A stretch of 64,000 nt of DNA from Felis catus (taxonomy: Eukaryota), in NCBI RefSeq assembly GCF_018350175.1, contig NC_058368.1, positions 127,598,001-127,662,000 of the forward strand. The letters are read 5' to 3'. The notes beneath the pieces are model-generated. The model saw only the letters and a program-made list of their open reading frames with translations. It searched no databases and had not been told where the DNA came from. Positions 62,870-64,000 of the stretch are shown in pieces (position 1 is the first letter of the stretch; the number at the start of each line of letters is the position of its first letter). The position numbers and the translations under genes were made by a program.

Positions 62870-63620
62870 AGCTACATTTCATTGAATCCTCTCTTCAGTA
62901 TACCCTATGTCCAAATACGATTGATTCTCCTGACTGTCCCTTGTTCTACATTCTACCTCCACTAAGCCAAGGCCATCATGTTTTCACAGATGCACTATGA
63001 GAAAATGTCCCTACAGGTCTCCCTGCCTTTAGTCCTTTCTACAACAAACTATCTTGGGACAGATTCACACTCTTGTTTTTCTGTGTTATGCTTACATCAC
63101 CCCCTGAAAGACAGACAGACAGACACACACACACACACACACCTGACTCCAAAACCTTTATCTCTAATGCAAGCCTTTCTTCACTTAGGCTCATTTAAAC
63201 CCCAAATTACTTCAGTGTGTTAATTGCCTATCCAGTCAGTCCTGGTTTCTCATTTATTGAGCAACTACTATGTTCCAAGCACTAAGCCAAGGTCTATCAA
63301 ATTCTACCTCCTGTTCAAGGTCTACCTAAGTCCAACTATCTACATCCTCTGAAATTACTATAGCACTTGGGGTCCACACAACCTACTTCAGCCTCTAATT
63401 GATGAATGTGTTGACATTTTATTTTCCCATTTGGATGTGAAGTTTCTTGCAAGAAAGAGGTATCTCCCAAGTGTCTAAGTCTTCAATCTACCATCTAGAA
63501 TGCATGTTACACTAGGGCTTGGATGTGTGCTGCCTGTTTTGTTCATGACGAATTCAGATACCCAGAGTGTGTCTGTACACAGCAGGTACTCAGGAAACGT
63601 TTGCTGAATGATGAATGAAT
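62870..63620 (+). mobile_element. L2 fragments incl. 3' end
   Basis: ccatctagaatgcatgttacactaggg...ttttgttcatg...cagcaggtactcaggaaacgtttgctgaatgatgaatgaat. Confidence 0.6.
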
Positions 63621-64000
63621 CTCCCTCTACACTTGGTATGATGCTGAACACATAGGATTAAATCCATACCTAAATAAATGAGAGTTTAACATTAACTAAT
63701 CCTTCCAGATTACCTGAAAAAAATTGAACAACCTTTGAAGAGTTAAAAAAATATATGTAGCTTTTGCACTCAAGGATATACTAGCAGATTCTAGAGTTCC
63801 CATGCAGTTGTGGCAAGAACAGATAGAATACTATAGCTCCTCACAAATGACAGTTGATCAATATTTTGAAAAATAAAATCATAACATAATGAACTCATTC
63901 TTTGTACTATGCATTAGCCACAGCTTATCAGTAGTATTAATTGCTCATTGATATTTTCTACTTGCTAGGATTCAATCAATTCTATTACTTTGATGTTACC

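Overview
Mammalian nuclear DNA, almost certainly a felid (cat lineage), judged from about 33 tRNA-derived CAN-SINEs, several near-identical to the young SINEC_Fc type. The window is AT-rich and repeat-dense, with no CpG island and no recognisable protein-coding exon, so it reads as intergenic or deep intronic. The ORF track is mostly noise or antisense SINE translation. The only clear gene-derived sequence is an ~865 bp nuclear mitochondrial insertion (NUMT) on the minus strand at ~47485-48349, covering the ATP8 3' part, a frameshifted ATP6 and the COX3 5' end. Old repeats include MIR, L2, L1M, MLT1 solo LTRs and hAT MITEs (MER5, MER33, MER58, MER63, MER115-like). Repeat family names come from remembered consensus sequences and old-repeat edges are approximate. 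The most interesting unannotated structures are (i) three strong co-oriented CTCF motifs (28705, 33129, 33209), a candidate insulator cluster, (ii) a ~640 bp palindromic AT-rich array between them with perfect inverted repeats, and (iii) several informative SINE insertion geometries. I found no convincing evidence of a previously undescribed multi-gene system.
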